Source: a virus | DNA: 64,000 bases | Strand: one strand, 5' to 3' | IMG/VR virus record: IMGVR_UViG_3300045988_163643 | Location: 128,001 to 192,000 of that record | Part shown: positions 17,901-27,488 of the stretch, piece after piece | How the letters are laid out: every line of letters starts with the position of its first letter | How positions within the stretch are numbered: position 1 is the first letter of the stretch | Translations under genes and position numbers: made by a program | Notes under the pieces: generated by a model | The model's database searches: none | What the model was told of the DNA's origin: nothing | What the model saw: the letters and a program-made list of their open reading frames with translations, nothing else

Positions 17901-20900
17901 TGATGAAATATTAAAGAAGTTAAAAGAAACAGATGGGCAAGAAAGTAATCCTAAAATAAACGTAGAAGGAGATACTTCAGGTGCCGAGAAAGTAAAAAAA
18001 GAAGTAGATGAAGTAGGCAATAAAAAAGGGACAGCTAAAGCTGATGTAGATGGAGATACTTCAGGAGCTGAAAAAGTAGAAAAAGAAGTAGACAATGTAA
18101 ATGGAAAAAAAGGTACTGCTGAAGCAAATGTGGATGGCAATACTGAAGGTGCTGAAAAAGTAGAAAAAGAAGTAGACAATGTAAATGGGAAAAAAGGTAC
18201 TGCTAATGTAGATATTAAAGCAGATACCTCTGAAGCTGAAAAAGCTAAAAAAGAAGTAGATAATTTAGCAGTCAACAAAAATGGTACAGTTACTTTATTA
18301 GTAAATGGTCAAGAAAAAATAGCTGAAGCTAAAATTAATAAAGGTCAATTAGAAGTAAATGGTCAAGCAGTTACAACTATTTCTGTTAACGGTAAAGACC
18401 AATTACCAATAGCTATTAATGAAAAAGGTCAATTAGAAGTAAATGGTCAAGCTATAACTAATATAGATGTTAATGGTAAAGACCAATTAACTTTAGCTAG
18501 AAATGAAAAAGGTCAATTAGAAGTAAATGGTCAAGCTATAACTAATATAGATGTTAATGGTAAAGACCAATTAACTTTAGCTAGAAATGAAAAAGGTCAA
18601 TTAGAAGTAAATGGTCAAGCTATAACTAATATAGATGTTAATGGTAAAGAAAAAGTTTCTGAAGCAAAAAAAGAAGTTGATGATTTAACCAAAGATAATA
18701 AAAATGTTAGTATTAATATTGATGTTTCATTAAAAGAAACTGTTGGTGAAATATTATCAAGATTTGGATTAAATAAGAAAACAGAAAATGTTGAAATTAA
18801 TGTAACATGTAATGATAATGCAACTCCAGTATTAGAAAAAATAATGGCAAGACAAGATAAAACTATACAAATAAAAGTAGATTGTCAAGATAATGCAACT
18901 TCTAAAATAAACAATATAACTAAAATAGGAAATAAAACTGTAACAGTTACAATAAATTGTCAAGATAATGCAACTTCTAAAATAAATAGTATAGCTAGTA
19001 TGGGTAATAAATCTGTAACAGTTACTATAAATTGTCAAGACAACGCAAGTTCTACAATAAATAGAGTTACAAGTGCACCTTCTTCTAAAGCAATAAATGT
19101 TGTAGTAACTTGTACAAATGGTGGAGCAGTTCTTAATACTCTTTCTCAATTAGCTAGTAAAGTAATACCTAGTAAAAAATTTACTATAAATTGTACAGAT
19201 AGTGCTAGTAGTGTAGTAAGTAGAGTTAATGGTTTAAAAATATCTGATAAGAAATTTACTATAAATTGTACAGATAATGCAACTGCTAAAATAAATAAGG
19301 TTATTAGTAAAAAAATACCAAATAAATCATTTACTATAAGTTGTAATGATAATGCTAGTGGTAAATTAAGTAGTATTATAAGTAAAATAAGTAATATTCG
19401 TAGTAAATCAGTAACAATTACTACTAATCATGTAAGTACAGGTAAGAGTTCATCTATTGGTGAACCAACAGTTGTTGATTTACAACCTCAACCATTTAGT
19501 GCTCAAGCTTCTAATCCTCAAGTACAATCATTAGGAGAACAAGTTCAAGTATTAAATGATAGTGTGCAACAACAAACTGACAATAACAATGAAGTTAGTG
19601 TAATGGCTAAGAAGACATATAAAGCTAATATTGATACAGGTTTAACAGTAAGTGCAGTTAAATATAATATTGATTTATTAACTAACATGACTAATATGCT
19701 TAAAAAATTAGGAACTCAAGTTGATATATTAAAAGCTAAACAAGAAAGAACTTGGGGTACTGCAAGTGCTAAGTTACTTAGAAATCAAATTTCTTTACTA
19801 ACTAAACAACAAGATTTAACTAAAATAAATATTAAAAACATGGAAGGTATGGCTAAAAAACTTAAAGGTAGTTTACAAAAACAAGGATTTAAGTTTAAAG
19901 ATGACGGAACAATAAGTAATTACAATAGTAAACTTGTAAAAATGCAAAAAAATGTTGAAAGTTTAGAGAAAGCTGAAAAAGCACTAGAAGACCAAATAAG
20001 TAAAACTGAAAAACAAATTTCAAAATCTGAAAAGAAATCTTCAAGTAAGAAAAAATCAACTAGTAAGAAAAAGAAAAGTACTAGTAAGAAAAAGAGTACG
20101 AGCAAAAAGAAGAAAACTTCAAGTAAAAAGAAATCAACTAAGAAAAAGAGCACTAAGAAGAAAACTACTAAGAAGAAGAGTGCTAGTAGAAGCAATAGAA
20201 AAACTACATCAAGTAAAGCTAGTAAAAAGAAGACTACTAAGAAGAAAAAATCAACTAGTAAGAAAAAGAGTACATCAACTAAGAAGAAGAGTACTAAAAA
20301 GAGTACTAAAAAGAAAACTACTTCTAAGAAGAAATCAACCACTAAGAAGAAGAGTACATCTTCAAGCAAGAAATCAAAAGCAACTAAAGCATTAGAAAAG
20401 AAAAAGAGCGGATTAGAAAAGAAAAAGGATGCAATAAGCAAACAATTAGAAAAAGCACAAAAAGAATTATCAGAAACTCAAAGCAAATTAAATGAATATT
20501 ATAATTTACAATTTAGTGAAATTCCTGAAGCTCAACAACAATGGGAAGAATATGCTAATGCAATAGCTGAAGCTAAAGCAGAAATAATTAGATGTGAATT
20601 AGAAGCTAAAACATTCTTTAAGACAATTAAGATGGAAATGAAAGATGCTATGATTAGCAGAAATGAAACTTGGGCAGATACATTTATGTTGAAGGCTGAT
20701 TTAAGTAGTTGGTCTAAAGCAATAGGATATATTAAAGAAGCTAATAAATTATTAGCAAAAAATCAACAACATCAACAATCTAAATTAGAAACAGCTCAAG
20801 CAAGAGCGGAAGATAATAAAGCATTTTTAAAGAAACAAGGATTTAAATTTGATAAAAATGGATATGTAACAGGTGCTGAAAAAACTTTACAAAAACTTAA

Positions 20901-22402
20901 AAAGAAGAAATCATCACAAGAATACGATGCTATAAAAGAAGCATTTGATAGTTACGTTGATGATATGTATGAAAATATTCCTAAAGCTGAAAATGAATGG
21001 TGGAAATTAGAACAAGAAATAAAAGAAAATGAAAGACAAATAAAAGAAACTACTAAATCTATGAATGATTTAGTTAATTCAGCTAAAGTAGATAAATTAA
21101 CTAGACAATTTGATGTACTTTCAAATACTTTAGATATATTAGACCTTAAAATGGAACGTGCATATGGAGCTAATAAAATAGACTATATGAAACAACAACT
21201 TGATATATTATCTAATATGAAAAGTAAGAATCAAGAAATCATTAATCAAAATACTGAGTTATTAAATAATAGTAAGAAACAATTAGTTAAATATGGTGTT
21301 ACATTTGATGAAGATGGTAATATAGATAATCTATCAAAAGCATTGAAAAAATTAGATAATCTACAAGATATGGAAGATTTAAAAGATTTAGCTGATGAAT
21401 ATAATGATTACAAAGATTCAATAGATGATGCTAGTAAATCAATTGAAGAAGAAACTAATAAACAACTTGAATTAAAAGATTCAATGATGGAAATTAGAGA
21501 AGAAATGAGAAAACTTAGAGATGATGCATGGGTTAAAACTTATGAAAATGGTCTAAAAGTTATTCAAAATCGTATTGATACAATAGATTCTTTATTAGAT
21601 TTGGAAGATGAAAATCAATTTGGTTTACTAAATCAAAAAATTGAAGAATATAAGAATTTAACTAAAGCGACTGAGGATAGTTTGGCTTATCAAAAACATA
21701 GAAAAATCACTATGCAAAAAACATTGATTGATTATGGTTTCACTATTAATGATGATGGTACAATAGATGGAACTGCTAATAAATTAGAACAACTTAAAAA
21801 TACATTATCTGAAACTGAATTTGGTATAGTAAGTGATACATTAGAAGATTATTTTGATACTGCTTTAGATACAATTCCTGAATTAGAAAGAGAATTAATA
21901 AAATATCAAAAAGATTTAAAAGATATACAAAATACTAAACTAGAAAAGACTAAAACTATTGAAGAAAAAATTACTGAAATATATAATGATGAAATAGATA
22001 AAAGAACTAAAAAGATACAAGAAGAAGCAGAAACACAAACTAAAGCACTTAATAAAGCCAAAGAATCTTATCAGAGATGGAGAGACGAAGTTGACTATAA
22101 AGATGATTATAATAAACAATTAAAAACTGTTGAAGATTTACAAAAGAAAATAGAAATAGCAAAACGTGATGACAGCTTAACTGGACAAAAACGTTTAGCT
22201 GATTTGATGAAAGAATTAAAAGAAGAACAAGAAAATCTTGAAGATTTAGTTCAAGACAAAATAGATTCAGATATAAATAACATGTTTGATGACCAAATAG
22301 ATAAAATAGAAGAAAATTCTGATGAAGAAGTTAAGAATTTGGAAAAAACATGGTCAGAAAGCAAAATAGCTGAAATGGTTAAACAAGCACTTGATACTGG
22401 AG
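14915..22402 (+). CDS. tape measure protein, exon 3 of 5
   Basis: Continues the core (..LQDPARIGNGLKSIAINLSG..), then a TM-like Gly/Ala/Val segment, several repeat arrays and a long coiled coil. Confidence 0.8.
17968..18270 (+). repeat. in-frame tandem repeat, 84-nt (28-aa) unit, about 3.6 copies (GDTSGAEKVxKEVDxVxxKKGTAxAxVD)
   Basis: Units start at 17968, 18052, 18136 and 18220. Confidence 0.85.
18340..18650 (+). repeat. in-frame tandem repeat, 84-nt (28-aa) unit, about 3.7 copies (KGQLEVNGQAITNIDVNGKDQLTLARNE)
   Basis: 18421-18504 and 18505-18588 are identical. A third copy is identical until about 18648. The first copy has diverged. Confidence 0.9.
18808..19430 (+). repeat. eight ~25-aa in-frame repeats, each starting with a single Cys (C(Q/T/N)DNA(T/S)..I......K.(V/F)T(V/I)(T/N)(I)N)
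   Basis: Read directly from the translation of exon 3. Confidence 0.8.
20020..20425 (+). repeat. Lys/Ser/Thr low-complexity polybasic tract (~130 aa) inside the tape measure protein
   Basis: Translation reads KSEKKSSSKKKSTSKKKKSTSKKKSTSKKKKTSSKKKSTKKKSTKKKTT... Confidence 0.9.
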
Positions 22403-22749
22403 TAAATTAGCTCCTTTTACTAAGTAATTAGTATTAAAACTCATTGAATTGCTGGAACTTCCTAAAGCTAACTAAACTACAATATGGCTAGAAATGGCGA
22501 ATATGAATGTGGCGAAAGCAGAAAAAATTAGTTAGATATTCATATGGTTAAATCCTAAGTGAATGTAAATGGATAATCAGCAGGGAAGTCCCTTTAAAAT
22601 GGGAAACCTTCAACGACTATATATACTAGTAGTCTAGTTAGTGGTGAGCATCCTTATAGGATGATGATATAGTCTACTCTCATGTGAAAGCATGAGCAGT
22701 TCATAAGAGAACGGTATAAGGTTTAACGAACTTTATATGAATGTTAAGG
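22403..22749 (+). mobile_element. group I intron M3 (ORF-less)
   Basis: P1 is GGAG(U)AAAUUAGCUCC. Internal helix is CUAACUAA/UUAGUUAG. P7 is CAACGACUA...GAUAUAGUC. The hairpin with a UUAACGA loop is followed by GAAUGUUAAGG. Confidence 0.8.
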
Positions 22750-22840
22750 TGTTTACAGATATCGATGGGAATATAAAAACTCTTCAAACAGCATTAATGG
22801 ATTTTGCTAATGAAAGTTCTGATTATTTTGGAGTTATGGG
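22750..22840 (+). CDS. tape measure protein, exon 4 of 5 (91-nt micro-exon)
   Basis: This is the only open frame: (V)FTDIDGNIKTLQTALMDFANESSDYFGVM(G). It is flanked on both sides by introns. Confidence 0.7.
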
Positions 22841-23051
22841 TAATGTTGCCCTAGTCGTAGAGTAATTTGCGACTGAAAATAGATTTAATTGCAGGTAATT
22901 CCTAAAGCCTTACACCACAAGTATTCTGAAAAGAGATACTGAAGGTACGAAAGTAGAAAAAACGTAAGGATGAATATAAGGTTAAACCCTAAGTATTCGT
23001 AATAATGGATGTTCATGCAGGTAAGATTCTAAATTAAATTATTTTAAATAT

Positions 23052-23080
23052 TTGACTTTTAATAATAAAATGAGTATAAT
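23052..23080 (+). promoter_or_regulatory. near-consensus sigma-A promoter TTGACT-N17-TATAAT inside intron M4
   Basis: Hexamers are at 23052-23057 and 23075-23080. The segment is 83/84 identical to the M1 promoter segment. Confidence 0.6.
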
Positions 23081-23102
23081 ATAAGTAAAGCGAGGTGATT
23101 AA

Positions 23103-24431
23103 ATGGCAAAAAGAAAAAGATATACATATCAAGATGTTAAAAATATTGTTGAAAATGAAAATTATGAATTAATAAGTACAGAAAATGAAATTATTGATGA
23201 AAAGGGATTTGTTAAAACATCAACTAAAATAACAGTATGGTGTAAAAATGAAAATCATAATTATATAAAACCTCAATTAAGTAAGTTTCTCAAAGGGGGT
23301 AGATGTGGAAAGTGCAGAAATGATAATAAAAAACTTGATTATAAATATGTAAAAGAATATGTTGAATCATTTGGATATAAATTATTATCAAAAGAGTATA
23401 AAAATAATTCAACGGATTTGTTAATTGAATGTCCATTAGAACATAAGTTTAAAATGATTTTTAATAATTTTAAAAAAGGACAAAGATGTCCCAAATGTGG
23501 TGAAATAAAAAGAAGAGAAAAAAGAACGATATGGAATAAAGAAAAAATAATTAATTTTGTGAAAAATAGTAATTATGAATTTATCAAATTTGTTAAATTT
23601 GACAAATTAAACTCAAGAATATTAATAAAATGTAATAATAAAAAACATGAGTCATATGAAGTTACTTTTGCTAATTTTAAAAATGGAAAAAGATGTCCGT
23701 ACTGTTCTAATCATGTAAAATTTGATTATAAATATGTAAAAGAATATATTGAATCATTTGGATACAAGTTATTATCAAAAGAATATAAAAATACAAATGA
23801 ATATATTTTAATAAAATGCCCTGATGAAAATCATAAACCTTATTTAGTTAAATTTTCTTCTTTTAAAAATCAAGAAACTAGATGTCCTTATTGTCAAAAT
23901 AAAAAAAGAGGATTATATAGAAAGTTTGATTATAAATATGTAAAAGAATATGTTGAATCATTTGGATATAAATTGTTATCAAAAGAATATAAAAATTGTG
24001 ATGAAAAACTAAAAATAGAATGTAATAAAGGACATATTTATGAAGTATCTTTTTATTGTTTTAAAAATTTAAATACAAGATGTCCTATATGTAATGAGAG
24101 CAAGGGAGAAATAAAAATAAGAGAGATACTTAATAAATATGATATAAAATTTACTCCTCAAAAGAAATATAGTAAATTAATTGGAATTAAAGGCAGACAA
24201 TTGTCTTATGATTTTTATTTACCTTTATATAACACATTGATAGAATATCAAGGAGAATATCATGATGGTACGGGATATAATCAAACTAAAGAAAAATTTG
24301 AAACCCAAAAAGAACACGATAAAAGAAAAAGAAATTACGCTAAAGACAATAACATAAAATTATTAGAAATATGGTATTATGATTTTGATAATATAGAAAA
24401 TATATTAATAAAAGAATTGAATTTAAAATAA
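23103..24431 (+). CDS. intron-encoded putative homing endonuclease (5 zinc-ribbon modules + Vsr/DUF559-like nuclease)
   Basis: RBS GAGGTGA. Five ..C-x3-5-H-x12-17-C-x2-C modules. Three near-identical ~70-nt DNA repeats lie at 23337-23406, 23724-23792 and 23928-23996. The C-terminus has YDFYLP..IEYQGEYH..LLEIWYYDF. Confidence 0.7.
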   Translation: MAKRKRYTYQDVKNIVENENYELISTENEIIDEKGFVKTSTKITVWCKNENHNYIKPQLSKFLKGGRCGKCRNDNKKLDYKYVKEYVESFGYKLLSKEYKNNSTDLLIECPLEHKFKMIFNNFKKGQRCPKCGEIKRREKRTIWNKEKIINFVKNSNYEFIKFVKFDKLNSRILIKCNNKKHESYEVTFANFKNGKRCPYCSNHVKFDYKYVKEYIESFGYKLLSKEYKNTNEYILIKCPDENHKPYLVKFSSFKNQETRCPYCQNKKRGLYRKFDYKYVKEYVESFGYKLLSKEYKNCDEKLKIECNKGHIYEVSFYCFKNLNTRCPICNESKGEIKIREILNKYDIKFTPQKKYSKLIGIKGRQLSYDFYLPLYNTLIEYQGEYHDGTGYNQTKEKFETQKEHDKRKRNYAKDNNIKLLEIWYYDFDNIENILIKELNLK

Positions 24432-24607
24432 TTTAACAAGAATAAACTTCAACGACTAGAACGCAAGTTCGTAGGGTGTAAGCGATTGACACTCGAAAAG
24501 GTCTACCCTTAATATTAAGGTGAAGAAATAGTCTAGTCACTCTAGGAAACTAGGTGCTTAGAATTAACTAAGGTTTATAGTGTAGCGACTATAAATAAAT
24601 ATTAACG

Positions 24608-24917
24608 TGATAGCTTAAAGAAAGAATTATTAGACAATCTTAATGTAGCATTGGAAACTATGAAAGAACTTCAAAAAATGTCAGATAATTATACAGCTCC
24701 TAATATAGATTATAGTAATACGGTACTTCCAAAAGATAGTACTATTAATACTTCTCCACAAGTTTCTAGTAATGTTGAAACTAATAATATTACAATTGGA
24801 GATACAAATATTACAATTCAAGGTAGTGCAGATGATGTTACTTTAGGAAAAGTAGATGAAATGTTAAAAGATTACAAAGCAAGTATTTGTAAGGAAATTG
24901 TTAAAAATATGAAATAA
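24608..24917 (+). CDS. tape measure protein, exon 5 of 5
   Basis: Open frame to TAA 24915-24917. The five exons sum to 13,152 nt (4,383 aa with the chosen junctions). Confidence 0.7.
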
Positions 24918-24923
24918 ATTTAC

Positions 24924-24962
24924 GAAGGAAGGGTTAAAATATAACTCTTCCTTCTTATTTTA
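24924..24962 (+). terminator. stem-loop GAAGGAAG/CTTCCTTC after the tape measure gene
   Basis: 8-bp perfect stem followed by a T-rich tail. Confidence 0.5.
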
Positions 24963-24993
24963 TATATGTAAGATAAAAGAAAGGAGAAAGAAT

Positions 24994-25776
24994 ATGGCAA
25001 GTAGTTTTTGGAATGGGGAATTTTATTTTGATAATGTATATTCTGAAACTTTCAATGTTGTAATAATTGATTTTGATAGTTCGGATAGACTAAAACAAAT
25101 AGGAAGTACAATTAATATAGAATTAAATGAAGAAAATACACTTAATGGAAAAAAGAGTTATATTGAAGGAACTCGCACTTCTGAAAATATAATTTTACAA
25201 TTAATGAAAAAAAATGGTGATATATGGAGTGATGGAGATATAATCAATGTATATAATTGGTTATTCCAAAAAGATTTTAAAAAATTCCAAACAGTAGATT
25301 ATTCTAGTGGATATAATCTATGTTATTATTTAAAAGCAGTAAGTTTTTCAAAATTTTTAACTCCTGATTTTAGGGGTTATTTAGAAATAGAATTTATGAG
25401 TTATGCTCCTTATTGCTATTCTATACCAACAAACAGACTTAGTTTGAGTGCCAATGGTCAATCAGGTGTTTTATTTAATTATAGTAATCTATATGAAACA
25501 TATAAACCAAAAATTAAAATAACTGCTTCAAATAGTGATAATATTAAAATATTAAATAATACAAATGGTACTTTTGTAGAATTAAGTGGATTAAACAGTG
25601 GAGAAATAGTTACAGTAGATTGTGCTATGGGAACTGTAATAAACAGTGGTGGAGCTAATAGATTTGAAACATTAAAAAATTATAATTTATTAGAACTAGA
25701 TAAAGGAAATAATAATATAACACTTACTGGAAGTGCAAATATAGAATTTATTTGCGAATTTCCTGTAATTATATAG
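24994..25776 (+). CDS. distal tail protein (Dit-like, siphovirus tail family)
   Basis: 260-aa ORF immediately after the TMP, with RBS AAAGGAGA. Size and position are typical of Dit. Confidence 0.6.
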   Translation: MASSFWNGEFYFDNVYSETFNVVIIDFDSSDRLKQIGSTINIELNEENTLNGKKSYIEGTRTSENIILQLMKKNGDIWSDGDIINVYNWLFQKDFKKFQTVDYSSGYNLCYYLKAVSFSKFLTPDFRGYLEIEFMSYAPYCYSIPTNRLSLSANGQSGVLFNYSNLYETYKPKIKITASNSDNIKILNNTNGTFVELSGLNSGEIVTVDCAMGTVINSGGANRFETLKNYNLLELDKGNNNITLTGSANIEFICEFPVII

Positions 25777-25787
25777 TAGGTGATTAA

Positions 25788-27473
25788 ATGAAAATAAGAG
25801 GTGCTAAAGATTCATACAATCTAATATTAAGTAAAATGAATGGAAAAAAATTAGGTATCATACCTTGTTCTATTATAGAAAGTATGCAAAAGGGTGTTAA
25901 AACTGTTAGTGAATTTACATTTTCAGTTAATAAATATTATGGTGAAAATAATGAAATAAATCCTCTGTACGATGAACTTAAAACAGAAAGATTTATATTT
26001 TTAGATGAAGATGAATGTTATGTAATAAAAAATATAAGTGAAGAAAATGAGAAGAAAAAAACTATAACAGCTTATTCGAGAGAAAAAAAATTATTTAAAA
26101 ATATAGCAGAATTTGAGGATATTACACTAACATTAAAAACTCCATATGCTGATATAGAAGGTTGTTTTAGTTTAGATGAATTATTATATGATGCAACTGG
26201 TTGGCATGTTGGATATGTAAGTCCTAAAGTTTTATATAAATCAAAAGAAACAATATTGGATAATGTTACAGGGGAAATAATAGTAGAATTGACAAAGGAA
26301 GAAAAATTAAGATACCAAGAAAGCGTATCATCAAATTGGTATGATTTTATTAATGATGATATATCAGAACAATTTGAATGTTTTCCTGTATTTAACAGCT
26401 ATGATAAAACAGTTGATTTATATGATGATGAAGAATTAGGTAATGACCCTAATTTAATGTTGTCTTATGACAATTATCTTAAGAGTATGGAAAAAGAAGA
26501 TGATACAGAAGATATTACAACTGTATTAATATTATCAGGAAATGATGATTTAACTATAAGTGAAGTTAATCCTAGTGGTGATACTTATGTGGAAAATTTT
26601 TCATATTTTATGGAAAATGAAGAAATGAGTACTGAATTAATAAATGCATTAAATAAATATTATCAAATGGTAAATGTAAGAGCAGTAACATGGAATCAAT
26701 TGAGAACAGAAAAAGAAGAAAAAACTGCTACATTAACACAGAAGAAAAATAGATTATTAATAGTTTATGCACAAATGAAATCTATTGAATTTACTATGAA
26801 ACAAACTACTGATGAAAAGTTTAATGCTCAACAACAAGAAAGATTAGTAAAACTAAATGATGAAAAAGTATTATTAGAAAAAGAAGTAACGGAATTAGAT
26901 GAAAACATTAGAAATATAGATGCTTCAATAGAAAATATAAATAAATTATGTAAGAAAAAATATGCAACTGATGAAAATGGTGTATTGATATTTACCGAGA
27001 GTTTATTGAATGAATTAAAAGATTTTATATATCAGGATACTTATAGTAATGATTCTATTACAGATGGATTAACCTTAATGAGAATAGGTAAAAAACAATT
27101 AAAAGAAAGTTGTTATCCTACTAAAACTTGGACTATTGATTCTGTTAATTTTATTGAAAAATTAATTGATAATGGTTTTAGACAACATTGGAATGGAGAA
27201 TTAGGCTTAGGAGATATGATAGTATTAAAAGGTGAAGAAACGATTGAAGTTGTATATTTAATAAATTATACACAAAATTTTAAAGATAAAACAATCGAAT
27301 TACAATTATCTAATAAAAAAGATGAAAATACATTTTCACTATCAATAGGTGAGAGATTAACACAAGGTAAAGAGGCTTATGAAATAGCTAAAAAAAGTAG
27401 AAGTACTATTAATAGAGTAAATAAGAATAGAGTAGGACTTAATTATGACAAGATTAATAAAAAAATTTTATAG
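25788..27473 (+). CDS. tail-associated (Tal-like) baseplate hub / minor structural protein
   Basis: 561-aa ORF following Dit with a central coiled coil. It resembles the prophage-tail endopeptidase-family N-terminal region. Confidence 0.5.
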   Translation: MKIRGAKDSYNLILSKMNGKKLGIIPCSIIESMQKGVKTVSEFTFSVNKYYGENNEINPLYDELKTERFIFLDEDECYVIKNISEENEKKKTITAYSREKKLFKNIAEFEDITLTLKTPYADIEGCFSLDELLYDATGWHVGYVSPKVLYKSKETILDNVTGEIIVELTKEEKLRYQESVSSNWYDFINDDISEQFECFPVFNSYDKTVDLYDDEELGNDPNLMLSYDNYLKSMEKEDDTEDITTVLILSGNDDLTISEVNPSGDTYVENFSYFMENEEMSTELINALNKYYQMVNVRAVTWNQLRTEKEEKTATLTQKKNRLLIVYAQMKSIEFTMKQTTDEKFNAQQQERLVKLNDEKVLLEKEVTELDENIRNIDASIENINKLCKKKYATDENGVLIFTESLLNELKDFIYQDTYSNDSITDGLTLMRIGKKQLKESCYPTKTWTIDSVNFIEKLIDNGFRQHWNGELGLGDMIVLKGEETIEVVYLINYTQNFKDKTIELQLSNKKDENTFSLSIGERLTQGKEAYEIAKKSRSTINRVNKNRVGLNYDKINKKIL

Positions 27474-27488
27474 GAAGGAGTTGGTTTA

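Larger units (their letters stand above)
22841..24607 (+). mobile_element. group I intron M4 with endonuclease ORF
   Basis: P1 is GGG(U)AAUGUUGCCC. P2 is AGUCG..CGACU. The core is AAUUGCAGG...CCUUAC/GUAAGG...CAACGACUA...GAAAUAGUC. The GUAGCGA hairpin is followed by AAAUAUUAACG. Confidence 0.75.

Noticed and set aside
18340-18650. Perfect direct repeats as a CRISPR array
   Set aside because: The repeats are contiguous with no spacers, have an 84-nt unit, are in frame within a coding exon, and no cas genes are present.
8309-19149. Numerous 60-141-aa minus-strand ORFs inside the tape measure gene (for example 11474-11848, 17853-18278, 18832-19149)
   Set aside because: All are embedded antisense in a long, well-supported plus-strand frame and lack RBSs. 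Their composition reflects the antisense of coiled-coil or repeat coding sequence.
19920-20441. 173-aa minus-strand ORF and the 71-aa alternative-frame plus ORF (20180-20395)
   Set aside because: Both are mirror or frame artefacts of the AAG/AAA/AGT-rich polybasic tract in the TMP. Their composition is low-complexity and neither has an RBS.
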